This document shows, one piece after another, positions 28,007-41,471 of a DNA stretch of 64,000 bases (positions are counted from its first letter, which is position 1; each line of letters begins with the position of its first letter). The notes beneath the pieces were generated by a model. That model was given only the letters and a program-made list of their open reading frames with translations. It did not search any database and was not told the DNA's origin. This stretch comes from the human T2T-CHM13v2.0 reference genome, Homo sapiens. The position numbers and the translations under genes were made by a program. Location: NCBI RefSeq assembly GCF_009914755.1, contig NC_060926.1. One strand, 5' to 3'.

Positions 28007-28202
28007 GCCTTAAAAAGTAGTATCATCATCTTCACCAAGAATGTTGGCAGGACATGCTGGTACTACATTTTCAGCCTAAACTTTGCTACAGGTACTCCTC
28101 TGAGAGTTTTACAAGTGCCCGTTCATTAATCCTCACCACATCTTTTTAGTAGCTGCAATATTTCTTCCCATGTTACAGATGAAAAAACTAACAATTAAAA
28201 AG

Positions 28203-28499
28203 ATGCTGGAAACCATCGTTCTCAGCAAACTGTCGCAAGGACAGAAAACCAAACACCGCATGTTCTTACTCATAGGTGGGAATTGAACAATGAGAACACT
28301 TGGACACAGGAAGGGGAACACCACACACCAGGGCCTGTCGTGGGGTGGGTGAGGGGGGAGGGATAGCATTAGGAGATATACCTAATGCAAATGACGAGTT
28401 GATGCGTGCAGCACACCAACATGGCACATGTATACATATGTAACAAACCTGCACGTTGTGCACATGAACCCTAGAACTTAAAGTATATATAAAAAAAAA
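28203..28499 (+). mobile_element. L1PA (primate-specific) 3' end, 5'-truncated, inserted in a MIR
   Basis: gctggaaaccatcgttctcagcaaact...cctagaacttaaagtat followed by an A tail. The MIR core is split on either side (ttacagatgaaaaaact / acttgcaggagacctcacag). Confidence 0.93.
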
Positions 28500-28619
28500 G
28501 TGCAGTACTTGCAGGAGACCTCACAGTATAAATCCTGGCAGAGCGGGGGCCCAAACTGATGAGTTTCTCATACAGCTCATACCCTTAATAATCAAGCATT
28601 ACCACCTCCCATATTCCTA

Positions 28620-29430
28620 GGAAAGAAGGCATCAAATATGTATGGGTTGATCTACATTCTTTGTTAATTTCCAAATCAAAATACCTATGGAATTTTATAA
28701 TTCTTGACAAAAATTTCCTAAATTTTATTGACATGAGTTAATGTATTAGTATAACCACAACACATTTTAAAAATAAGAATGCTAAAGTGTGATACGGATC
28801 CAGAAACAGAAAGATCAATGGAAGAGAATAGGCAATTTAGACTCAGGTGCATATAGGAATTCAGTATATGATAAAGTAACACCTTCAGTCAGTGATAAGG
28901 AATAGATGATCCAAATAGTGTGAGGATGACTGGATTACTATCTGGAAAACACAAAGTTGGACTCTGAATCCATATTATATTCCAAAACACATTACAGATG
29001 AATTAATTACTTAATGTAAAAATAAAGCCAAAAACTGCACCCAAAAAATGGTTGAATATTTCCATAATCATGAAGTAGAAAAGAACCTTTAAAATTAAAC
29101 TCCAAAAGCAGTAGACATGACAGAAAAAAAGGAAAATGTTTGAATATGTAAAAAAAGTTAAACTTTGCCACGACCATCTTTCAAAAAGATAAAATATGTA
29201 AAAAGCTTTTATAAATCAATATAGTAGAAATAGACACACCTAACTAGAGAAAATGAACAGAGATTTTTTTCAAGAAAAAATAAGAAACACCAGAATTGGA
29301 TAAAGCATTCAACTAATAAAGTGCAAGTCAAAATAACAAGAAAATAGCTTCATTAACTAAACTGACCAAAATTAAAAGGATGCTAATATCTAATAAGGTG
29401 AAAGTTTGAGGAAACCCTAACTTCCAAACC
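28620..29430 (+). mobile_element. L1ME-class fragment (continues at about 34845-35100 beyond the ERV)
   Basis: A-rich ORF2 3'-like sequence (agatcaatggaagagaatag, ggattactatctggaaaa). It resumes as ttggtaatatgtatcaaaaaccctt...cttctagaaatttatcc. Confidence 0.65.
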
Positions 29431-30819
29431 CATGGTAAAGACTGTTGTTTGTCTCATTCAGTATCCGTGTCAACTCCCTCCTAGTGTTCCTTCCTCTACT
29501 GCAGAGGCTGCGAAGCTCAAAGTTGTGTCACCCCTATTCCTTAGAGCTAAGATATGAATGTGATTTAGGATCCACCAATCATATACACTCACCAGGTAAA
29601 GACATTAACCTGTGTGGCACCAAGACCTGGCTGTTGAAATAGACATTTCCTGCAACGGCAAAAAAAATTACTTTCTCAATCACAGTGGGAAAATGGTGAT
29701 CCTAGACCTTACAAATTATTCCTGGGAGCTTAGCTAGAACATCATCCACCACCATTATAATGATTTTGAAAGACTCTTAACACAGTGATAAATATAATAC
29801 CCTTCTGATTAATTTACTGAGATGGCTTCTTTTGTCTGCAACTAAATGCTAATCTGTTGAGTAACTGGTCCCAACCAAGTACTGAGTAACACTCTGAAAG
29901 TGGGAATCTGGGATTAGATCCTGTTAATATCAAAGGACAAGACACTGTAGTTCACAGTATGCAATGACAAAACATTCACATAAATTGTCATCTGTGGTCA
30001 CCTGGGAAGGCGAAGCCCTGGACAACTGAGTGCCTATTTACACAACCCAGTGCCATCAGAAATAGGAATGCAGGGGCTGTGGGATGATGGACTAGAGCCT
30101 TCTAATCAGCTAGAGAGCTTAAAGAAAGACATGCTGCATTCAGGCCATGGTCAGAGGACCCTAAAATAATCTCTTTTCTTGTAGCAGGCCTAGAATAACC
30201 CAAAATTGGAGCAGAATCTGGGCCTGATGGTTGTTAAATTATAGTAATTGACAGTCTCACAATGTCTCTTATATAAATGTTAGAGAATTGACTGCAAATG
30301 GAGGAATCCCAAGAATCAGCATAGGGAATTTTGGGTGGACTTGAATGACTCCAAGTTACCTCAATCCCGAGAACCCTTGCCAAGAGGTGTAGGTCCTCCT
30401 TCACTGTGGAGGGAAGTGGTTCCTGCCTTGATTGAGGACCCTGTAATGACCTCTCCTGGGGTTGTTATTTTGTAAGAAGATGCCAATTCTCCTCATGTCC
30501 CTGCCTACTCTCTGTATTCCTTCCAAAGCTGTACGTAGATAATGGAGAAGAGTGGAGATGAGACGGGGAGCATCATCCCACCAAGGAGATGGAAGCTTAC
30601 GTGCCAAATAAATGGAAAAGAGTTAAAGGGTTGCAAGGTTTTCTAACTGAGATGATCAGAAACTTGGGGAAATGTGTGGAAATGAACTGTGAGAGGGCCA
30701 GACCATGGAGGGAGAGATATCATTTGATATTGGGCCAGATTTACTAATATAAGTGCACTTGCCAAAGATCCATTGTGCTGTCTCAAGCAGCTGGGCTGGT
30801 TGGTTCAGTGGTATACTAG

Positions 30820-30821
<2 letters not shown>

Positions 30822-30852
<31 letters not shown>
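30822..30852. repeat. Pure A31 homopolymer
   Basis: 31 consecutive A with no adjacent Alu or L1 body. Confidence 0.95.
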
Positions 30853-30853
<1 letters not shown>

Positions 30854-31451
30854 GATTTTTGGTATACTGTGGAAAGAAATAGAAAGACATCAAAATATGG
30901 TAATCATGGAGTGGATTTATTTTGTGAGAATCACCCAGCTCCCCTTTCACTACATTTCCAGAGAAGCCCAGCAGAGTTCCCACGCACAAAGGCATTCAGA
31001 CACGTATTGCCGAGGGACCTTTCCAAAGCCTTAGAAAATGCCATATTGTAGTGACTGTATCTGTATGCAAGAAAGAAAAGTGAGGGATGCTGCCAATGAA
31101 ATGGGGTAGCTGATTTCACCAGTCATCTTGAGATCTCAGATTTATAGAGGCCAAGCAACAGCCCTTAACCAATTAAGTAAGGGGCATGGCCACCATGATA
31201 ACCAAATACAGCCAAGATGACAATCAAATTACTGTGACATGAAGGGTTCTTTGGCAGGAGCTCATAAAGAAGGGGCCCCTCGGGCTGAAATGGATTGGGA
31301 GCCCACTATGATCTTACTTAAACTGTATATCACTCACCCCAAGCTCCAATAAAACCCTCTAAATTTGGTTAACAGATGTCCGACTGCAGCAGCAAGATGT
31401 GGAGTCACATCAGCTTATTCCACTTCCAGACCTAAATTAGTTCACAAATCA

Positions 31452-31956
<505 letters not shown>

Positions 31957-32149
31957 TCAAGGATTATGAGATACTGGATCTGAGCTAAGATCAATTCCTG
32001 GAGATCCAGAACGCCATTGTGGTCCACCAATCAATTGAAGTGTAATGAAGATGAAGTGAAAGTAGATCTTTAAGTCCATCCTGTGGTTAGGATCTCCATT
32101 CGCAAGTGTATAGCTGGAATAGATATGCTGGGAAACTGAACCACAGCAT

Positions 32150-34330
32150 AAAGAAGGGCCAGGTGGGAAACTTTGGAACTGTATTCTCAAGCCATGTCTT
32201 CATGCAAAATAGCAAACCAAAAGTAATGCTACCACATATGTCAGGTGGAATGATGGAGATAGGACCCACCATTAAAACCCAAAAGATTCAAGAGGGTTTA
32301 TTCTTATCTCATCCTTATTGAATTCACCTATTTATTCTATGCAAAAGGAAGATAGGCCTTGAAAAATGATGTTGGCTTATTGCAAACTAGATCAGATGGT
32401 AATGTCAAATGCTCTTTCTGTTCCTAAAGTAATCTTATTACTGAAGCAAACCAACAGATCCTGGTACCTAGTATACATCTGTCAATCTGACAAACTTTTT
32501 CTTTCTCAATAACCATAACTAACCAGAAGCAATTTGCTTTCACCTGGAAGAAGTACACCATCACCATCTGATCTCAGGGTTATGTTTGTTCTCTGACTTT
32601 TTCATAATGTATCCCACAGAGACCTTGATCATTTCACCGTGGCATAAGACCAAATGTTGATAGTAGTTGACAGTAGTTACCCTAGATCCCTTGGTAAGAC
32701 ACAGGAGTACCAGAGAATAGGAGATAAAAATCCGAAGACTTGCTCCCATATCCAAAGTTCATCAGCTCTAGTTTTCTGGGACATATCAGGGAAACCTCCC
32801 AAGTGCAAGAAAATGTGCTGCATCATGAACCCATTGCCCCGAAGAATGTGACTTCTTTGAACTTTAGAGGCAATAGATACCATATTCATTTGTGCTGCTT
32901 CGATCCATTCACCATGTAACTCATAAGGGCACCACCTCTTAGGGAGGGCCAGGATGAGAGAAGGCTCTCGAGATGGCCCAGCAGCTGCAAACATTTGGAC
33001 CTTCAGATACAGTAGATTCCCATTGTGCTTGAAGTATCTAGGGCAGAGTAGAATATTGGACAGAGCCCATGGCAAACCCTGGTAGGGAAATAAACAGTCA
33101 AGGCTCATAGGACTTTGAAGCCAAGTTACATTCCCAAGAACATAATTACTATTCTTTTGAGAAACAGATCTTGGCTTCCTTCTGGATCTTGGTAGACAAA
33201 AAACCTGATTATGGGGCAACAAGTAACCATGTGCCCTGAGTTGACCATCCAGAACCAAGTGTTGTCTGAGTCATCACAACATGAAGTTGCATGTGCCCAG
33301 CCCTCAGGCATGTCAGGCTCAAGCCTCATGGGGAGTTCAGTATGGACAGTTGGCTAAAAAGAAAATAACAAAAAAGTAACCTGGTTTACGGTCCATTCTA
33401 TGTGATAATGTAAGTAACAATCCTGAGTCAGCTTTTCAGATCACAACAGCACCCGCCAAAAAATGATGGAAAAGGGAGCCCTCCATTAGGCAGAACTTCA
33501 AGTAGCGTTTCTCATTTGGTTTGGTTGGGTTTTGCTTTGTACCTTGTCTAGAAAGAGAAATAACCAAGGGTACAGATCTATACTGATTCATGGGAGATGG
33601 TTAATGGTTCGGCCATATGGTCAAAAGTTTGGAAAAACCAAGAGTGATGAATTAGTGACAAGGGAGTTCGGAGAACAGGTATAGGAACGCATACATTACA
33701 ACAGACTCAGAGTGTGAGAAGTGAATCCTCTTCAAAAGGTCATCTTGAGAAGGACGTTCTCAATAATCTGGAGAATAAGATGAGTATCCTGTGGGTGTCC
33801 ATCTTGCCTTTCACCAACTACCATAATGCTTTGCCATGGGTTCATAAATTAAGTAGCCATAGTAGCATGAATGAAGATAACACATGGATTGCCTTTCCCA
33901 AGGCTAATCTAGCTGGCCTCATAGCTCAAAGGAGGGGTCCAGCCAGCCACTAGGTAGCAGATCAGTTAGAATTGGATCCCTTCCAAAATGGCAGGAGCAG
34001 CAATGACTTCCCTGGCATGGAGACATATGGATCTGAATGTTTACTTTGCTGCCCACTTTGCTTTTGCCAACAACTCTCCATGACTTAATGAATGCAATAG
34101 TCACAAACACAGTGTCCAACACAATGCTTCTGATTAAGGACCTGATTTTATAGTAAAGCAAGTGAGACAATGGGATGCCACTTAACAAATACCAGAATGT
34201 CCTATTGAAACCTCAGTTGTGGCATTAACTGATAAACAACAACCTTGCATAGTTAAGGTGCTATCCTACCATTGCATTGTGTGCTCTGAACCACCAACCA
34301 ATATAGGGCGTTCTTTCTTGTTGAAAACAT
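32150..34330 (+). pseudogene. ERVL pol remnant (RT, RNase H, integrase)
   Basis: Hand translation: NSPIYSMQKEDRP*KMMLAYCKLDQMV (32321), NQKQFAFTW (32521), NYYSFEKQILA (33144), IYTDSWEMVNGSAIWS (33576). These resemble ERVL Pol motifs NSPIWPVQK.DGSWRMTVDY, QKQFAFTW, FEKQLLA and YTDSWAVANGLA. Confidence 0.85.
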
Positions 34331-36120
34331 TGCTCCAGAATCCAACGGCAGGAGGTAGAGCTGACATTCTCACTTTTCCACTGAAAAATGCCCCCAGCAA
34401 AATCTATCTGCTTCCTGTGCCTGCAGCTTTGTGCTTTACTTTTCCAAAGCCTCTCATATCCAGGAATGAATGCTGCGAGAGGGTAATTTAGCAATTGCAT
34501 AATGCTGTGGAACTTGAAACTGCTACCTCACTACAACTCCAGGGGCCTCTCTGGACCATCCTCAGTGACCATGACAAGGTATCTGTTTGGTGGTGTCGAT
34601 TCTAGTGGAAGAAGTTAGGGTTTACTACCAGCAGCCTCCTGATATGGCAGAACTGGCTGCTTGCTTAATCATGGCACAGGTAATGAAATTCCAGGGACTA
34701 GTTGTTTCCATAGAAGCTTAGCCTAAAGACAGGTCTTCCAGCCCTCCAACAATTGTAAACGCCAAAGAATTAGTAATAAATTCCTTTCCGTTTAAACTGG
34801 CCATGTTGGTTTTGGTTATTTGCAACTGATCAATAACCAAAGGGTGGAAGCACATGTTGGTAATATGTATCAAAAAACCCTTAAAATATGTATGCTCTTT
34901 ATTGCAGAATTCTCTTCTAGAAATTTATCCAAAGAAAATAAATGGACAAGCACACAAAATTCATAAGCCCAAATGTATCTTTTTCTAATTCCAAAAAAAA
35001 GCTGGTCACTAACAAATGGTAATTGATAAATAAACAAGGGTAATCAATATGATCAAAATCATCCCAGAAATGTCAGAATATTTTACCTTTCAATAAAGAA
35101 GAAAAATCTCATGGAATGTAGGGTGAATATATGTTTCTCAAAGAAGATGCAATCCATGAAGACATGTAGCTTAGCATTTAACTTTCCATAAATGGTTATT
35201 CTTTTGTCTTATATTTGGAGAACAGGAGAAGAAATAGTGAATAGCAAGCAAGACTCTAAAATGCTTTGAATACAGCTTGCCAGATTCCCAATTAGAAAGT
35301 GAAATATGCATTTTTTTGCCATTTAAATTAGGAACTAAAATTATAGCACGCATTTTGGTCATTATCTATTTCAAAACCTTTTATTGAGTGCTGGGAAGAC
35401 CAAGATGGAAAAGACATGGGCCTGTTTTATGGAGAGTAGGAGGGACTGAACTTAATGGTTAAATTTCAAAAGTTGGTCCTAAATACACTGGTGCTCTCCT
35501 GCCTCTCATCCTCTCTGCCCAGTGGGCATGTTATAAGGAAGCTGCAGGTGATGTCAGATGTGGTCACAGTTCACCTGTAGCACATGACAAATGTCTTCAA
35601 TTATTTTCCTCCTGCTACATTTTAGATCTAGAGATGTTGCCACATAAGAACTTGAAATATTTTCCTGGTTTTTATTTATTCATTATTTTTATAGCTCAGG
35701 ACTTTATTCACATGTTCATAGCCCCAGACCCCCATCTTGTCTCACTCTGGAAGCTGGTTGCCTTGGCACAGAGTAAATGCTAGTGCAATTTGGGCCATGT
35801 CCCCAGTTGTGAGCCCTTGGTCCAAGCAAGTTAGTTTCAGCTGCTTGAAGCCTCCAATGCTGTATTCCATGGCATACATCCTCAACTTCCAGGCATGCCT
35901 GAAGCTGAGCTGAGAGACATTGAAATCTACCTGTGCATTTGAAGGTGTAGAGGACCACTATAAACAAGGATTTCTTTAACCATTTTTAGGTATTAAAATC
36001 TTCCTGGGTCAGATTTCCTCAGTCATTGATTCACAACCAAAGTTTCATGAGATGAAGAAAAGAACTATGTCGTCACTCTGCATTTGAATTTTTTTAAATC
36101 AACACTAAACAGTTGGAATG

Positions 36121-36485
36121 TGATATGGTCTGACTCTTTCATCACCCCAATCTCATCTTGAATTATAGCTCCTCTAATCCCCAGGTGTCATGGGAGGGAC
36201 CTGGTGGGAGGTAATTGAATCATGGGGGTGGGTTTTTCCCACGCTGTTCTCATGATAGTGAATAAGTCTCCTGAGATCTGATGGTTTTATTAAGAGGAGT
36301 TCCTCCGCACACACTCTCTTGCCTGCTGCCATGTTATACGTGCCTTTGCTCCTCGTTCACTTTCCACCATGATTGTGAGGCCTCCCCAGCCATGTGGAAC
36401 TGTGAGTCTATTAAACCTCTTTTTCCTTTATAAATTATGCAGTCTCAATATGTCTTTATTAGCAGCATGAGAACAGACTAATACA
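36121..36485 (+). mobile_element. THE1 solo LTR
   Basis: tgatatggtctgactct...agcagcatgagaacagactaataca; TSD gaatg/ggatg. Confidence 0.92.
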
Positions 36486-36639
36486 GGATGTATCAGGGAA
36501 GAGGCTGGTGCAACCGTCCATATTCTCCTCATAAGAATTTGGGTGCTTCCAGAAATAAAAGTATTTCCTCTACATTCATAGCTCTATTTTTTTTAAAGAC
36601 AACCAATTAGTATTTATTTTTCACATGGCCTGAACCCTG

Positions 36640-37180
36640 TCCCATCCAAGACATTATTCCTATGCTCGAAGACATTCTAGCAGCATGAAGAGGATCGAGA
36701 CACAGATTCTAACATTGCATACAATTATTAAATTCCAGGCTAAGAAGGCTCAATCTAGATGAATCACGGAGATAGAGATGGAGAGATGGGGAGAGAGATC
36801 AAGAAATCAATAGGGAATAGAGATAAATGGGCTTGAGGGATAGACAAGGTATAGATAGGCAAAGAGAGGAAAAATGTCCCAGGCAGAGGGAGGCAGCAAC
36901 CTCAAAGACCCTGAACTGAATGTGATGCAGGGAGCAGGGAAACACATTGAGGAGAGTCTTCATGACTTCCCTCATCCAAGTCCATTATTCAGAAATAGCC
37001 AGTATGCTGTAATTATGCCAGTCCCTGTGTTCTGTGCTTTACCCTTTTCCTAATTAATCCTCATAATAACACTCGGAAGTTGGCATTAGTACAAAAGAAA
37101 GAAACTGAGGCTCGGAGATGTGAAGCAGTTTAGCCAGAAGAACTGAAATCCAGATGGGTCCCACTTCAAATCCTGGGCTA
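36640..37180 (-). mobile_element. L2 fragment followed by a MIR
   Basis: L2-like cccaggcagagggaggcagcaacctcaaagaccctga; MIR core gaaactgaggctcggagatgtgaagcagtttagcc. Confidence 0.6.
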
Positions 37181-37950
37181 TTTTCCCCTCTCTTCACTGC
37201 CTCTCCAGTGGCACCCTAACTTTCCATGCCATAAAACCCAGGTGTGAGAGGAATCTTTCTTGGCTGTCATGGCTGAAATCGGAACCATTCTACTTTCACA
37301 GAAAGGTCCGGGTCTGCCCACATGATGAGAGTCTGCCCACTGCCCAGGTTGTCCAAGGGCAGACCTTGCAGGAAACACACATGCTGATAATGGTTTCTAG
37401 GGCTAAGCCTTTCTCTCAGAGCTCACTGTGGAAGTTGGAGATGCCTTCCGAGACACCTGCTTCAGTCTCTAAGCTACAAGAGAAGAACCACTTTCACTGC
37501 ATCTCCCTCAGCACTTCGGGGAGCAAAGGAACCCATTAATGTTCATGGCTATGGTTGATACAGTTGTGGCAGTGCTAGGCACCCAGCTACCACTCTGGGC
37601 TCTAATGCTGATGTTTGCTTAGGAACTCCGTGGGCCAAGGGAGCCTTGTCTCTCTCCACACAGACATCAGGAAGGAAAATATTACCACATAGAGGAGATG
37701 TAGACAAGTTTAGTTATCTTATCACTCACTTTCAAAAATGGACTCTAGTCCTCACCCTAAAAATCTGCAAAATGAGACAACCTAAAATAAATTGATAGGA
37801 TTTTTACTTTTAGCTAGGATGGCCATAAGACTTTTCCAAAGCTGGACACTTCTAAGAGTGAAAGAGGGTGGCACTAATAAAACAACAGGTGCAAAATAGT
37901 CTTCCTTCTACTTCTCAGGTTCTCTAGGAAAATTACCTGTAAAAAATGTA

Positions 37951-38240
<290 letters not shown>

Positions 38241-38564
38241 CTATCTGGTAACTGCTATTAAATGCATTATAATGTGGCTTAAAAGAAGGAATAGGATTTG
38301 GATAAAGGAAATGGAGATAAGAGGATAGTTCAGCCAAGAGAAGCAGCCACACTGAAGTTATAGTTCATGCATAAGTGTGTGCTATGTCTAAACAGTAGTA
38401 ACATTGACAAGTGCAAGGAACAGAATGCACAGAATAATTGATGGCACAAACAAGTATAATTTTGTCCAGATTCTTTTGCCAAGAGAATTTATTTTCACAC
38501 GGGATGGTGGTTGCTACACTTCTGGGTCTTCATTATTTGCATGTAATACAGCAGTCAGGTTGCC

Positions 38565-39078
38565 AACTCTATCAGCAATCTATTGCTGCATAACAAACTG
38601 CACCAAACCTTAGTGGCTTAAAACATAAACATCTATTATCACACAGGTCAGGAATTCAGGAGTGGCCCAGCCAGATGGATCTGGCTCAGGGTGTCTCATA
38701 AAGTTGCAGCTGAGACATTGGCTGAGGCTGTATCATCTGAAGGTTTGACTGGGGCTGGAGAGATGGTTTCCCATGCCCACTCACACAGCTGTTGACAATG
38801 GGCCTTGTTTCTTCCCTACCTGTTCTTCACTATGTGAACTTCATTATAGGACTGCACACAAAATGGCAGCTGATTTCTCCCAGACCCAGTAATCCAAGAG
38901 AGAGTGACCTCAATAGGAAATAATGCCTTTCAGAAACCAGTCTCAGAATTGACTACCATCACCTCTGCTATATTCTGTTGTTCACACAGACCAGCCCTTG
39001 TACCAATCCTACATCCTCGTGCAAATACCACCATGTAGGGGTCACTGCAGACAATCTTGGAGCCCAGCTACCACACCA
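38565..39078 (-). mobile_element. MLT1 (F/G-like) solo LTR
   Basis: ctattgctgcataacaaactgcaccaaaccttagtggcttaaaaca...ggctcagggtgtctcataaagttgcag...ctaccaca. Confidence 0.8.
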
Positions 39079-39269
39079 ACTTTTAATTGTGCTAAATTTT
39101 TAATCATCATCTGATATAACAATTATAAATAAATATAAATAAAATGTTGATTCTAAAATACTAAGAAAGATATAATGTTGGCATAATGGCAATTTTTTAC
39201 ATTAAAACTCCTATGACTATATAGAAAATATAATACGTTTTCCTTATTTTAAAAATTTCACCGATAATA

Positions 39270-39420
39270 ATTATGTATCTATTTGTTTTATTTACCATTG
39301 CTTATCTCCACCAACTAGAACTGACATTTTATCTGTCTCATTGATACCTCCAGTGACAATAGCAGTAACTGACATGAAGTAGGAGACATGTAAATATTTG
39401 TAGAATAAATGAATGATGAA
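39270..39420 (+). mobile_element. L2 3' end
   Basis: ctccaccaactagaa...gacatgaagtaggagacatgtaaatatttgtagaataaatgaatga. Confidence 0.65.
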
Positions 39421-40810
39421 CACTTCACTTTGGATTGGTAATTAGTAGCAGACTAAGGCTTGGACATAAAGATCTTGGGACCCAATCCTGAAGACATGCT
39501 TTTTGTTCAAAATGGCAGAACTGGTCCAGTTGAATGTAAACACTGAGGGCAAAATCATGGCACATAGCCTCTATTTAGAGCAACAAACTGCAGCAGAGGC
39601 AGAAAGAAAAGCCACGCATGAGGTAACAAGAAGCAGAAACTTTTCTATGACTTCAAAAGGTCAACCCCCTTAGGAATAACGTTCATGAGATTAGTCTTTA
39701 GAAGCAACCAGGGTCAATGACAGGTGGAGATATTGATAATGACAGTTTCTTGTCATTGGCTGAATTTCCATGCCTGATGGTACAATTAAGGCTAGAATGG
39801 GTTTCAATCCTTACCCATGGTCACAGAGCTGGATTCCAATGAGGTCAATGGTTTCTCCCCCTCAATGTTCTTTGATAGTCTTCCCCACTGGAATCATTCC
39901 CATCCCCACCCCACTCTACTCCCACCTTCATTACTCCCACTCCAAGACAGAAAGGCTCAGCCCAGGACAGCCATGGGCTCCACAGTACATTCAATATCCC
40001 CTCGGCCCCACTCCCCAGTGGAAACCCAAGGAAACTCATACCACCAGGACTTCCCTGGCGGCCCTACCTCTTATTCCAGACAGGAAATGGAGCCAGTGCA
40101 AACATGAGCTCAGCATTTTTTACTGACTAATTCTTCCTCCCATAAAAAGGCTTGGTAAATATGAGTTCCAGTGTAACCTAAAGACTCGCTTAACCAAGGG
40201 GAAAACCCACCAGCATTTCTTAATTCTAACACACCTTGTGTTATGCAACAGGTATGTTTCTTTTTTAAAAAAAATGAACTGATTTTAAGACACACACACT
40301 AGTAATTTAAATTCACTAGAGAGTTAGCTATTTAGAGGAACCCTGTTGTAAATCCTTTCACAAACTGAAGAACATTTAAGTAATTACCCTCTAATTCATG
40401 TGCTCTGTAAGGTCAACTATTTAAATGTCTGGTTTTCTTAATTTGAGGCATACCCACGTTTAAAGAGGGTCTTTAAAACTCATTATGGCTGACAAATATA
40501 TTTCTTTGTTTTCTTTAAAAGACAAAACTGTATTTTGGTGAAATGGGCAGAAGATACCTATTATTCTGGAAACTGTTTAAATACTCGTTTATTGCAAAGA
40601 GGACTTCTGTGGAGGTGATGGAGAACAGATATGATCAAGAATCAAACTGTCTTATATTTAAGAACATATTGTGAACACATACATGTGAAGCCTTTGTAAT
40701 TTGTATGCAGTCTTTAAACCTCTGTGATTTATATTCAATCTACTCATAATTTATTTGATGGTTAACCACGTGTTTTTATTTCTCAGTGAACTTAACAAAA
40801 GAGCTATCAA

Positions 40811-41471
40811 CTAGTGTAGGTTAATAACAGGAATATTTTTAAATGTTTGAAATATTTTGATATTGGAAACTATTCTTAAAAATATTTAATGAATAAGTTG
40901 TCTTTTACATGTTGTTAAGCCAAGATAAAAAGACTCAATGAAAACTTTGCTCCTTATTGGTGACGACATGGATTTGCATGCTTGGTGTTTATTTGGTTGA
41001 AGCCAGTGTCCTGGGGAGGCGTATACCAGAATTCACACGCTCAAAAGGAACACACCAGGGGGTCAGAGGAAGCTGCTCCTGAGAATATCTTGCTGTTCTG
41101 ATTTTGTAATAGGACAGGCTATAAAGATTGGCTATATTAAGGCCACGCACATGTCCCCAGACTTAATTCTTTCCCTAGGTCTGGTTTTATAAACTCTGGT
41201 AATAAACCAGGTCAAGAAGAAGGTGTTGGGCTATCAGTGTGAGTAGCTTGGAAAAAATGTCAACAGACATTCTTTGTCTGTTCAACCAAATAAACACCAA
41301 GCATGCAAATCCATGTTGTCACCAATAAGGAGCAAAGTTTTCATTGAGTCTTTTAACCTTGGCTTAACAATATGTAAAAGACAACTTATTCATTAAATAT
41401 TTTTAAGAATAGTTTCCAGTATCAAAATATTTCAAACATTTAAAAATATTGCTGTTATTAACCTATGCTAG
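40811..41471. repeat. Long inverted duplication: 191-bp arms (40811-41001 and 41281-41471), 279-bp spacer
   Basis: Base-by-base comparison gives 183/191 identity with no gaps. The arms do not resemble any repeat family I recognise. Confidence 0.97.

Noticed and set aside
32677-33258. 193-aa minus-strand ORF
   Set aside because: Antisense to the decayed ERVL pol; a chance open frame.
40811-41471. Long inverted repeat as a MITE or DNA transposon
   Set aside because: No TA or 8-bp TSD, termini unlike Tigger, mariner or hAT TIRs as I recall them, and the arms are more alike than expected for old human DNA transposons. A Dfam search is needed to close this.
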